A DNA stretch of 64,000 nucleotides from Spirochaetia bacterium (lineage in GTDB: Bacteria; Spirochaetota; Spirochaetia; WTKD01; G963693115). Below are positions 1 to 8,860 of this stretch, piece after piece (the first letter of the stretch is position 1; each line of letters begins with the position of its first letter). The notes beneath the pieces were generated by a model, which searched no databases, had not been told where the DNA came from, and was given only the letters and a program-made list of their open reading frames with translations. Where the stretch lies: positions 98,206 through 162,205 of the forward strand of contig OZ245332.1 of assembly GCA_965226065.1 (NCBI GenBank). The letters run 5' to 3'. The position numbers were made by a program, and so were the translations under genes.

Positions 1-308
1 TGCATCGACTGTCGCTATACTAGTATCGCTTGATTTATAGGTAATAGCACCTGTGTCGTCTGCTACTTCCTTTGTTTTGCGTATCTCTTGTTTATAAGAT
101 GATGTTTCAGTAATTGATGCTTTATCGCTTTTTTTAGCAAAGCTAATGGTTGTGCCTTGAATAAGTTGAGTCTTTGTGGTCTCACCTTCTACGGTATTAC
201 TTGAAGCTTTGGATGTTTTTTCTGATTTGGGACTATCGCAGGCTGCGATAAGGAAGTTTAATAAAAGGAATATATATATATATATATATATAGGTTCTTG
301 TATATCAT
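1..308 (-). CDS. BspA-like (DUF285/LRR-type) surface lipoprotein, N-terminal part only; gene runs off the left edge of the window. The upstream ATG is currently out of frame across a (TA)11 tract
   Basis: Minus-strand translation of 1..270 reads FLLLNFLIAACDSPKSEKTSKASSNTVEGETTKTQLIQGTTISFAKKSDKASITETSSYKQEIRKTKEVADDTGAITYKSSDTSIATVDA. This gives a lipobox (LIAAC) and an N-domain like the 18585..19640 product (CDSPKSKKT..., YTSSNKAIATVDNAG). An AAGGAG RBS (complement of 315..320) and ATG (complement of 306..308) lie upstream, but that frame reads MIYKNLYIYIYIYIYSFY-stop through (TA)11 at 271..292. Confidence 0.5.
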
Positions 309-575
309 GGATTACTCCTTATATAAGTAAAGTTTCTATAAGCTTAAAGGCTTACTATATATATAATAGACACTTTTGATATATTTTCAAGAGCTTTGCT
401 GTCAGTTCGCATACTCCTATATAGTAGTATTTTGATAAAACATGGTGTGTAATATAGCAAAAAGCATGACAGAAAGATATAATAAAAACAATTACTTCAT
501 AATATGTTTCTTTCAATATCATTTAAGATTCTTAAGAAGAAGTAAGCATGATCTACGTATTTTAGAGGTTTTTAT

Positions 576-926
576 ATGGCAGAAGATAATACAAACAATC
601 TCATATCTCATAAAAGCGAAGTTTCAACAAGAAGTCAATTAGCGACTTTTTTGTTATGTACCTTCCTTGGATTTTTCGGTGCACATAGGTTGTATGCAGG
701 TAAGATAGGCTCAGGTATTACAATGATGCTCTTGATAATTGTTTTTGTACCGCTATTATTATTTTCTACAGATGCGGTGCAATCACAAGATGAAGCTTCT
801 TTTGGAGCTCTATTATCTTTAGCCGCAGGTGCTGTTGTAGTTCTTTGGATTATTATTGATTGGTTTGTAATACTTACAGGTAATTTTAAGGATAACGAAG
901 GGAAGAGAATACAAAAATTATTGTAA
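576..926 (+). CDS. TM2-domain membrane protein
   Basis: 116 aa with two hydrophobic helices and a GAHRLYAGK motif typical of the TM2 (G-x-H-R-F/L-Y) domain. Confidence 0.65.
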   Translation: MAEDNTNNLISHKSEVSTRSQLATFLLCTFLGFFGAHRLYAGKIGSGITMMLLIIVFVPLLLFSTDAVQSQDEASFGALLSLAAGAVVVLWIIIDWFVILTGNFKDNEGKRIQKLL

Positions 927-929
927 TAC

Positions 930-1145
930 ATGAACATTGAAGCATCACTAAACACCAATTTTCACAAAGCGAAAAGTAACAAAAAAGACGAATTCTACAC
1001 GCAACTTTACGACATTGAAGAAGAGCTTAAACACTACAAGGAGCATTTCAAAGGCAAGGTCGTGTACTGCAACTGCGGAGTCATGGGCGTACCGATTACC
1101 TTTCTCGACAAGTACAACCCCGACCAGTTTGAGTTGTTGGGATAG
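930..1145 (+). pseudogene. N-terminal fragment of an EcoRI-like N6-adenine DNA methyltransferase (truncated remnant)
   Basis: The 71-aa ORF reads HKAKSNKKDEFYTQLYDIEEELKHYKEHFKGKVVYCNCG. From memory this resembles the N-terminus of M.EcoRI-family adenine methylases (HKAKK..DEFYTQ...VYCNCD). The ORF stops after ~70 aa, where a full enzyme is >300 aa. Confidence 0.4.
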
Positions 1146-1262
1146 ATAGACCTTTGATTAAAGAACGCACAGGAAAAGTTAGTCGCTTTAGGATTAATGA
1201 TAAGGAAATCTACGCAAGAATCATCATCAAGAACAAGAGACTCTCTTCTTAGGAGGCACAAC

Positions 1263-3812
1263 ATGAGCCAAGACACCATACAATTTCACCTTAGAAGAGC
1301 AGGGCGTTATTACAAAGAAGGCAAATACGAAAAGGCGATAAAAACGCTTACATTGATTATCAATTCAGACGCACCAGATGACATCAAGGCAGATGTATAC
1401 AACAACAGAGGACTTGCCAAATACGACTTACAGAGGTACGAGGAAGCGATAGAGGATTATGACAAGGCGATAGAACTACAGTCCGACCATGTTGAGACAT
1501 ACAACAACTTCACCAAGCTTGATCGCAAAGATCCCGCCGAACTACAGCTCAACTATGCAAATGCATACAACAACAGAGGCGCTGCCAAAGAAAAATTACA
1601 GAGATACGAAGAGGCGATAGAAGATTACGACAAGGCGATAAAACTACAGCCCAACCATGCCGCAGCATATAACAACAGAGGCAGTGCCAAAGGAGAATTA
1701 CAGAGATACGAGGAAGCGATAGAAGATTACGACAAGGCGATAAAACGAAAGCATGACTATGCAGATGCATACTACAACAGAGGCAATGCCAAAGGAAAAT
1801 TACAGAGACACGAGGAAGCGATAGAAGATTACGACAAAGCGATAGAGCTACAGCTTGACCATGTTGAGGCATACTACAATAGAGGCAGTGCCAAAGGAAA
1901 ATTACAGAGATACGAGGAAGCGATAGAGGATTACGACAAGGCGATAAAATTACAGCCCAACCATGCCGCAGCATATAACAACAGAGGCAATGCCAAAAAC
2001 AGCTTACAGAGATACGAGGAAGCGATAGAGGATTATGACAAGGCGATAGAAAGACAGCCCAACCTTGCAGATGCATATAGCAACAGAGGCGCTACCAAAG
2101 ACAAATTACAGAGATACGAAGAAGCGATAGAGGATTACGACAAGGCGATAGAAAGACAGCCCGACTATGCCGAGGCATGGTACAACTGTATAAAAAATGC
2201 TACAAAAGAGTTAGAAGAAAGACAGCCCGACTATGCCGAGGCATGGTACAACAGAGGCAATGCCAAACGTAGCTTGGGGAGGTACGAAGAGGCGATAGCG
2301 GACTACGACAAGGCGATAGAACGAAAGCATGACTATGCAGATGCATACAACAATAGAGGCGCTACCAAAGACAAATTACAGAGATACGAGGAAGCGATAG
2401 AAGATTACGACAAGGCGATAGAACGAAAGCATGACTATGCAGATGCATACAACAACAGAGGACTTGCCAAAGCCAAATTACAGAGATACGAAGAGGTGAT
2501 AGAAGATTATGATAAGGCGATAGAACTACAGCCCGAAGATGCCAATGCATGGTTCAACAGAGGCAATGCCAAAAACAACTTACAGAGATACGAGGAAGCG
2601 ATAGCGGATTACGACAAGGCGATAGAGTTACAGCCTAAGCTTGCCGAGGCATACAACAACAGAGGCGTTGCCAAATACGACTTACAGAGGTACGAAGAAG
2701 CGATAGAAGATTACGACAAGGCGATAGAGCTACAATCCGACCATGCAGGTGCATACCGCAACAGAGGCAATGCCAAATACGACTTACAGAGATACGAAGA
2801 GGCGATAGCGGATTACGACAAGGCGATAGAGCTACAACCCGACCATGCAGGGGCATACTACAACAGAGGCGTTGCCAAAGCCAAATTACAGAGATATGAA
2901 GAGGCGATAGCGGATTACGACAAGGCGATAGAGCTACAGCCTAATCTTGCCAATGCATGGTTCAATAGAGGCAATGCCAAAGGCAGCTTACAGAGACACG
3001 AAGAGGCGATAGCGGATTTTGACACAGCGATAGAATTACAGCCCGACTATGCTAAGGTATACCACAACAGAGGCGTTGCCAAACATAGCTTGGGGAGATA
3101 CGAGGAAGCGATAAGGGATTACTACAAGGCGATAGAGCTACAGTGTGAGAACGCAAAGAAAGACTTTAAAACAATAACATGCTATAAGTTCATCCCCATT
3201 AGCAAAAACAGCATAAACATGCTGGTAAAAAACATGGTGTATTTTAGCGATGTTCCGTCCCTGAACGACCCGCTGGAATGCCCTCTTTTGTTAACAATAT
3301 TTCAGGGCGTATTTGAAGGCAAACATGAACCGCGTATTTTCTCACTCGTGGTTCCACCTCCCAATGACAAACCAGATGAGTATGGGATACATGAGGTCGT
3401 ACGCAACACACTCCTTTTCAGCCACTATGCAGATGCGCACAAGGGAATATGCATAGGGTACGAAATAGCTCCAGAGTTTCTGCAACAAGGCACGATGTTC
3501 TATACACCTGTGCAATATAGCAAGAATACAATACCAGATAGCCTGGAGAAGCTCTTTGCCATTAAGGATGAGCTATGGAAATATGAGCATGAGGGGCGTT
3601 TTGTAGCCTTTGGCACAGAGAAACACTATCAATTGCAAGGGAATTCACGCATTACAAGGCTTATCTTTGGGCTTAAAACACCTGGAAAAGACAAGACTTT
3701 GTTGTCGAAACTTCTACAAGGTAAAGGAATAGGCTTATATGATACCTACAGTGATGAATATAGTTCTTTTGATCTCAAGTTTAAGGTTCGCAAACAATCT
3801 CATATCTCATAA
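1263..3812 (+). CDS. TPR-repeat protein with C-terminal DUF2971 domain (paralog 1, roughly 18-19 TPR units)
   Basis: AGGAGG RBS 7 nt upstream of ATG 1263; the ORF-track start at 1197 is probably too early. The N-terminus MSQDTIQFHLRRAGRYYKEGKYEKAIKTL is homologous to MTQGIE..NRATRYRKEGKYEEAI of paralogs 2 and 3. Long array of 34-aa units (AYNNRGNAKxxLQRYEEAIEDYDKAIELQP). The C-terminal ~230 aa carry DUF2971 hallmarks: LVKNMVYFSDVPSLNDPLECPL, LLFSHYADAHKGICIGYEI and LWKYEHEGRFVAF. The last codons (KQSHIS) derive from a copy of the TM2 gene 5' end. Confidence 0.85.
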   Translation: MSQDTIQFHLRRAGRYYKEGKYEKAIKTLTLIINSDAPDDIKADVYNNRGLAKYDLQRYEEAIEDYDKAIELQSDHVETYNNFTKLDRKDPAELQLNYANAYNNRGAAKEKLQRYEEAIEDYDKAIKLQPNHAAAYNNRGSAKGELQRYEEAIEDYDKAIKRKHDYADAYYNRGNAKGKLQRHEEAIEDYDKAIELQLDHVEAYYNRGSAKGKLQRYEEAIEDYDKAIKLQPNHAAAYNNRGNAKNSLQRYEEAIEDYDKAIERQPNLADAYSNRGATKDKLQRYEEAIEDYDKAIERQPDYAEAWYNCIKNATKELEERQPDYAEAWYNRGNAKRSLGRYEEAIADYDKAIERKHDYADAYNNRGATKDKLQRYEEAIEDYDKAIERKHDYADAYNNRGLAKAKLQRYEEVIEDYDKAIELQPEDANAWFNRGNAKNNLQRYEEAIADYDKAIELQPKLAEAYNNRGVAKYDLQRYEEAIEDYDKAIELQSDHAGAYRNRGNAKYDLQRYEEAIADYDKAIELQPDHAGAYYNRGVAKAKLQRYEEAIADYDKAIELQPNLANAWFNRGNAKGSLQRHEEAIADFDTAIELQPDYAKVYHNRGVAKHSLGRYEEAIRDYYKAIELQCENAKKDFKTITCYKFIPISKNSINMLVKNMVYFSDVPSLNDPLECPLLLTIFQGVFEGKHEPRIFSLVVPPPNDKPDEYGIHEVVRNTLLFSHYADAHKGICIGYEIAPEFLQQGTMFYTPVQYSKNTIPDSLEKLFAIKDELWKYEHEGRFVAFGTEKHYQLQGNSRITRLIFGLKTPGKDKTLLSKLLQGKGIGLYDTYSDEYSSFDLKFKVRKQSHIS

Positions 3813-3972
3813 AAGCGAAGTTTCAACAAGAAGTCAATTAGCGATTTTTTCGGTGCACATAGGTTGTATGCAGGTAAGATAGGCTCAAGTATTATAATGA
3901 TACTCTTAATAATTGTTGCAGCAGGGTTTTATACCGCTATCATTATTTTTTACAGATGCGGTGCAATCAGAT
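3796..3972 (+). repeat. Degenerate second copy of the 5' part of the TM2 gene (matches 597..790), fused to the 3' end of TPR-DUF2971 paralog 1
   Basis: 3796..3846 is identical to 597..647 (caatctcatatctcataaaagcgaagtttcaacaagaagtcaattagcga). The rest matches 660..790 with a ~20-bp deletion and point differences. Confidence 0.7.
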
Positions 3973-3997
3973 GCATAAACAAGAAGATACAGAAAGA

Positions 3998-4030
3998 TGA
4001 AAAAAGCCACACAAACATGTGGCTTTGAGT
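3998..4030 (-). terminator. Rho-independent terminator downstream of the minus-strand Mrr-like gene
   Basis: Stem agccaca (4005..4011), loop caaaca, stem tgtggct (4018..4024). On the minus strand the stem is followed by TTTTTTCATC (complement of 3998..4004). Confidence 0.5.
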
Positions 4031-4074
4031 TTAAAGAATTTTCACAGCTCCTTAAGCGGATATTTCAAATGTCG

Positions 4075-5004
4075 TTAAAAAAGTAATTCAGGAGCGTGAT
4101 TTATGACAAATAGCGCCAAATCTTCATGAGCTAATAAATCAATAGGCTTTCCAAACTCATCAGATTTTTCATCAATCTCTTTTTCTATCGTCTCTGTGCT
4201 TTCGGCAGTGGTAGCTATTATTCCTCCATGTGCATCGTAATGCTCTATTGCGCCTACAATCTGTTCGACTGCATGTGTATTCTCTATTCTTCCTTCATAA
4301 GATTTTACTTGCACAACGATCAAATGTGGATATTCTATATTATTCGCTATTTTGATGTTCGTCTCTATAATTAGATCTGCCCCATGATCCGTACCCCAGC
4401 CTACTTCATTAAGTGTTACATCTTTTACATCGGGAACTTTTTTAAATACCTTATATAAAAATTCCTCAAGGTTTTTACTCTTATTCATTTGTTGAATCTT
4501 TACAGCGATATTGCTTAGCATGGGGGTCAGTTCTTTTTTGAGATGATGTATTTCTCTCGTCTCTCCGCCTTCAAGTTGTATCTTATTACTTTTTAAGTTC
4601 TCTATAGATTCATGAAATGCGTCTTCCGCACGTATTCTTTGAAATCTTTGTCGAGGTTTCAGATTAACTGTGGGTAGAACATTTGCATTCTTTCTATCAA
4701 ACTCTATCACCGTACTGGTATCAACTTCAAAGTAATGCGGAAAGGCACTAGTTTTCTCTCCAAATTTATATTCTGACGTAATTCTCGCAGCGGTACAGTG
4801 TCCTTTCCGTGGTGAATTGATAAACACGATCCAATCATCTTTATGTACTTGACGAAGACGTTCAAAATATTGATATGGTTCTTTTGGGATTCCTTCCTCC
4901 CCAGCATGTATTCGTACTGTTCCTTCATGCATCCAATCTTTGATTTGTTCTCTAATTTCGTCCTTGCATCCTTTCCATGATGCCCCAACTGACCATACTG
5001 CCAT
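4075..5004 (-). CDS. Restriction endonuclease-like protein with C-terminal Mrr-cat (PD-(D/E)xK) domain and an N-terminal domain of unknown type
   Basis: The C-terminal GWGTDHGADLIIETN....HLIVVQVKSYEG fits the Mrr catalytic-core pattern (DGGIDG...D..I...IQAK). The ~130-aa N-terminal region was not recognised. Confidence 0.5.
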   Translation of the reverse strand: MAVWSVGASWKGCKDEIREQIKDWMHEGTVRIHAGEEGIPKEPYQYFERLRQVHKDDWIVFINSPRKGHCTAARITSEYKFGEKTSAFPHYFEVDTSTVIEFDRKNANVLPTVNLKPRQRFQRIRAEDAFHESIENLKSNKIQLEGGETREIHHLKKELTPMLSNIAVKIQQMNKSKNLEEFLYKVFKKVPDVKDVTLNEVGWGTDHGADLIIETNIKIANNIEYPHLIVVQVKSYEGRIENTHAVEQIVGAIEHYDAHGGIIATTAESTETIEKEIDEKSDEFGKPIDLLAHEDLALFVINHAPELLF

Positions 5005-5253
5005 AATTCTTACCTCCTACATATAACATATATAAATTATTTGGAAATCAATTTTCAACAAAGGGTTAAATCTAAAATCCATACCATGCACTATAGCAAA
5101 ACCTAGCGTCTTATGCAAGTACACAAGGTCTAATATCCCTTTACTTAATACATAATGTCATAGATACATTGTGTCGACACTTGAGATACGCTCACAAGTT
5201 TTCTCGGGACATGTAGCGTCCTACAACAGAGACATGTATATGATCACGCAAGA

Positions 5254-6501
5254 TTACATTGTATCTCGCGTGGCTCCGAAACTCAGCAAGTACTCACGAT
5301 AGTACTCGTACTGTGCTCTGCGTGCCTTAAGTTCTGCAGGCAAGCCGATGCTTATGTCGTTCACTAAGGCGTCAAACTTGTCTAAAAGAGACACAATGCG
5401 TTCTTGCACAGGTAGGGGAGGTATGGGGATGGTGAGTTTAGCAACATCTTTTGAATAAACATGAGGAACTCCGCTTCCGCTTTTAAGATTGTGTAATACA
5501 TTTTGACAGTTTTTTAAAAAATGAAAAGCATATTTTGTAAGCAATAAACATTTATTTGTTTTTATTGAAAAGGCATCTGATACAAAAATTTCGGTCGTCC
5601 AATAACTAACAAAACCCGCATACGCACCGCTTCCCGCAATTACAATTGTTTCGCCATCTCTATTTCCTTTGTTATGATAATAGGCCGCTTTTCTGCCACC
5701 TGCAATAACAGGGATGTCACCACTTGAAATATTTTTTTTAGTTATGGATGTTCCTCGCTTAAGTTCCGCAACTTCTCCCAACGCCCTCCACTCCACGTCA
5801 TCGCCAAAGGTGAGAAGCTTCTCACGGTAGTGCTTATACTGCGCTACGCGCGCCTCAAGCTCCGCCTCAAGCTCCGCCTCAAGCTCCGCCTCAAGCTCCG
5901 CCTCAAGCTCCGCCTCAAGCTCCGCCTCAAGCTCCGTGAATGTGTCTAGCACGCCTACAATGTACTCTTGCACAGGTAGGGGTGGTATGGGGATTAGATA
6001 TTTTTTTATATCGTTAAAATTAACTGATGAAAATGTTGCACCAGAAGCTTTACTGGCAAGTACTTGTCCATGTATTTGCATAATATGAAAAAGATATTTG
6101 CTTATAACTTTTTTAGTAGCTTGTATTCCACATAAACCTCTGCCTATACAAATTTTTCTATCAGTATAATTTATTGCCCCTACAGGTGCTCGAACACTCA
6201 TTATTACGTTATGAGCTTCTATAATTTTTGTTATTTTAGAAGTATGCTTTTGAGAGTTAGCAACAACATAGTTAGTAAAATGGGATTTTCCTTGATGAAA
6301 TTCTAAATCATTTTTGTTTGATGAAACAAACTTACCTTCTGGAGATTGTCCCATTATAAGATTAAAGTAATTTATATCCCCCAGCGCTCTATACTCCACC
6401 CCGTGCGGGCAGTGCTCGGCCATCAGCCGTTCCAGCGTATTCATAGTGCACTCATGATGGTTCGCCAATAATCCCGCATAGTCCCATGATATCATGCACA
6501 T
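5254..6501 (-). CDS. hsdS: Type I restriction-modification specificity subunit HsdS (copy 1; TRD-A + TRD-B), with 7 tandem ELEA repeats in the central spacer
   Basis: Two-TRD architecture. Conserved central and C-terminal segments: IPIPPLPVQE...LD.FTELEA...RVAQYKHYREKLLTF and IPIPPLPVQERIVSLLDKFDALVNDISIGLPAELKARRAQYEYYREYLLSF. Seven 12-bp units (cctcaagctccg) at 5853..5936 encode (ELEA)7. No hsdM or hsdR in the window. The start may really be at the MNTL... methionine rather than MCMIS.... Confidence 0.85.
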   Translation of the reverse strand: MCMISWDYAGLLANHHECTMNTLERLMAEHCPHGVEYRALGDINYFNLIMGQSPEGKFVSSNKNDLEFHQGKSHFTNYVVANSQKHTSKITKIIEAHNVIMSVRAPVGAINYTDRKICIGRGLCGIQATKKVISKYLFHIMQIHGQVLASKASGATFSSVNFNDIKKYLIPIPPLPVQEYIVGVLDTFTELEAELEAELEAELEAELEAELEAELEARVAQYKHYREKLLTFGDDVEWRALGEVAELKRGTSITKKNISSGDIPVIAGGRKAAYYHNKGNRDGETIVIAGSGAYAGFVSYWTTEIFVSDAFSIKTNKCLLLTKYAFHFLKNCQNVLHNLKSGSGVPHVYSKDVAKLTIPIPPLPVQERIVSLLDKFDALVNDISIGLPAELKARRAQYEYYREYLLSFGATRDTM

Positions 6502-6708
6502 GTGTTGGAAGAGACATAGACATGTGTTGAATTGTACACTATTTATATATAACTCCCTTAATGTATCACAATGGTCTTAAATGAATTCCTGCATATTTAA
6601 TAATTTGAGGTTTACAAATGGATTTACATGTATCACGGCAACCTGTCTTTGACCTTTTAAAGTACATTCATCGGTCTATGGGCTATACTCAAACGTAAGG
6701 AGCATCGC
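6502..6708. promoter_or_regulatory. Conserved divergent intergenic leader between hsdS and the TPR-DUF2971 gene (copy 1 of a ~185-bp near-identical element; copy 2 at 13408..13592; partial third copy 15870..15911)
   Basis: 6540..6708 is near-identical to 13420..13592. It ends in ...ggctatactcaaac(g/a)taaggagcatcgcATG, a TATACT -10-like hexamer followed by an AAGGAG RBS. It presumably holds divergent promoters for both genes. Confidence 0.45.
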
Positions 6709-8661
6709 ATGACTCAAGGCATAGAATTGAACTTCAATAGAGCGACACGATATCGCAAAGAAGGCAAATATGAAGAGGCGATAGAAACGCTTACATTGAT
6801 TATCAAATCAGACGCACCAGATGACATCAAGGCAGGTGCATACTACAATAGAGGCGTTGCCAAACACGACTTAGAGAGATACGAGGAAGCGATAAGGGAT
6901 TACGACAAGGCGATAGAGCTACAGCCTAAGCTTGCCGAGGCATACAACAACAGAGGACTTGCCAAACACGACTTAGAGAGATACGAGGAAGCGATAGCGG
7001 ATTACGACAAGGCGATAGAACTACAGCCTAAGTTTACCGAGGCATGGTACAACAGAGGACTTGCCAAATACGCCTTACAGAGGTACGAGGAAGCGATAGC
7101 GGATTACGACAAGGCGATAGAACTACAGCCTAAGCTTGCCGGGGCATACAACAACAGAGGACTTGCCAAACACGACTTAGAGAGATACGAGGAAGCGATA
7201 GCGGATTACGACAAGGCGATAGAGCTACAGCCTAAGCTTGCCGAGGCATACAACAACAGAGGCAATGCCAAACGTAGCTTGGGGAGATACGAGGAAGCGA
7301 TAAGGGATTTCGACAAGGCGATAGAGCTACAGCCCGACTATGCTAAGGCATACAACAACAGAGGACTTGCCAAACACGACTTAGAGAGATACGAGGAAGC
7401 GATAGCGGATTACGACAAGGCGATAGAACTACAGCCTAAGCTTACCGAGGCATGGTACAACAGAGGACTTGCCAAATACGCCTTACAGAGGTACGAGGAA
7501 GCGATAGCGGATTACGACAAGGCGATAGAACTACAGCCTAAGCTTGCCGGGGCATACAACAACAGAGGACTTGCCAAACACGACTTAGAGAGATACGAGG
7601 AAGCGATAGCGGATTACGACAAGGCGATAGAGCTACAGCCTAAGCTTGCCGAGGCATACAACAACAGAGGCAATGCCAAACGTAGCTTGGGGAGATACGA
7701 GGAAGCGATAAGGGATTTCGACAAGGCGATAGAGCTACAGCCCGACTATGCTAAGGCATACAACAACAGAGGACTTGCCAAACACGACTTAGAGAGATAC
7801 GAGGAAGCGATAGCGGATTACGACAAGGCGATAGAGCTACAGCCTAAGCTTGCCGAGGCATACTACAATAGAGGCAATGCCAAATACAAATTAAAAAGAT
7901 ATGAAGAGGCGAAAGACGACCATCATCAGGCAATTAAGCTGCAATGTGAGAATGCACAAGAAAAATATAAGCCCATAACAAGCTATAAGTTCAGACCCAT
8001 CAATAAAAACACCATAAGCCTTTTGGTACAAGGTGAATTATATTTTAGCGATATTCCATCCCTGAACGACCCGCTGGAATGCCCCCTGATGCACTTCATG
8101 TATAAAGATATATTCAAAGATGCCAATAAGCCGCACATTTTGTCACTGGTTGTCCCCTCTCATCAACATACAAAAAACAAAGACGGAATATATACGGATC
8201 TGGTAAACAACACCTTGCTCTTCAGCCATTATGCTGATTCACACAAGGGCATATGCATAGAATACGAAATACAAGAAACACTATTAAAACAAGAACAAGC
8301 ACGCATATTCTACACCTCTGTACAATACAGCACAAACACAGAAGCACAAAATATTGAAAAACTCTTTGCCATTAAGGATGAAAAATGGAAATACGAGAAC
8401 GAAGCGCGCTTTATAGCCTTTGATGAGCAACAAGAGCCAACACGCCCGGGCAACATATATAAAGGTGGTGTGCACATTAAGAAAATAATATTCGGACTTG
8501 AAACGCCTAAGGAAGACAAAAAGCTATTGTACACCCTCTTGCACAAAGAAAACAAAGAACATTTACAAGGCATAAAGTTTTTTAACACAGAAAGCAAACC
8601 CAAAAGCTTTTTCACCCTGAAGTTTACGCCGTATACACCGCCAGACCAGGTTGGTTCATAA
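6709..8661 (+). CDS. TPR-repeat protein with C-terminal DUF2971 domain (paralog 2, roughly 11-12 TPR units; contains a perfect ~408-bp 4-TPR tandem duplication)
   Basis: Same unit structure as paralog 1. The C-terminal domain reads LLVQGELYFSDIPSLNDPLECPL, LLFSHYADSHKGICIEYEI and KWKYENEARFIAF. The 6937..7344 segment is repeated at 7345..7752 almost base for base. Confidence 0.85.
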   Translation: MTQGIELNFNRATRYRKEGKYEEAIETLTLIIKSDAPDDIKAGAYYNRGVAKHDLERYEEAIRDYDKAIELQPKLAEAYNNRGLAKHDLERYEEAIADYDKAIELQPKFTEAWYNRGLAKYALQRYEEAIADYDKAIELQPKLAGAYNNRGLAKHDLERYEEAIADYDKAIELQPKLAEAYNNRGNAKRSLGRYEEAIRDFDKAIELQPDYAKAYNNRGLAKHDLERYEEAIADYDKAIELQPKLTEAWYNRGLAKYALQRYEEAIADYDKAIELQPKLAGAYNNRGLAKHDLERYEEAIADYDKAIELQPKLAEAYNNRGNAKRSLGRYEEAIRDFDKAIELQPDYAKAYNNRGLAKHDLERYEEAIADYDKAIELQPKLAEAYYNRGNAKYKLKRYEEAKDDHHQAIKLQCENAQEKYKPITSYKFRPINKNTISLLVQGELYFSDIPSLNDPLECPLMHFMYKDIFKDANKPHILSLVVPSHQHTKNKDGIYTDLVNNTLLFSHYADSHKGICIEYEIQETLLKQEQARIFYTSVQYSTNTEAQNIEKLFAIKDEKWKYENEARFIAFDEQQEPTRPGNIYKGGVHIKKIIFGLETPKEDKKLLYTLLHKENKEHLQGIKFFNTESKPKSFFTLKFTPYTPPDQVGS

Positions 8662-8860
8662 ACTCTACATGTGTTAAAAGAGACACGGAGCGATGCCAAC
8701 AGAGAGACGGAAACGCCCCCCACCCGACATGTCCATGTCTTTGGTATCTCTGGTAGCCATCAAAACCTGACTTTACACAAAAAAACCCCTGATGACTTGA
8801 TTATGTAAAAGGCCGTGTTATGATAACATTCAGTAACATTTAATCAACAAGGAGTAAACC

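Noticed and set aside
1549-2856. Minus-strand ORFs 1549..2076, 2362..2550, 2635..2856 (also 13741..13929) with repetitive RNLLSLPRISV... translations
   Set aside because: They are antisense read-throughs of the periodic TPR-coding repeats on the plus strand. They are repetitive only because the sense strand is, and they have no start context.
6502-6560. 22-bp insertion with a 9-bp direct repeat (catgtgttg ... catgtgttg) just upstream of hsdS copy 1, absent from copy 2
   Set aside because: A small indel in a non-coding leader. It may alter the hsdS-1 promoter, but there is no basis to call it functional from sequence alone.
5853-7752. Regular tandem repeats (12-bp x7; 102-bp TPR units; 408-bp duplication) considered as a possible CRISPR array
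   Set aside because: There are no unique spacers between repeats, the repeats are in-frame coding sequence, and there are no cas genes.
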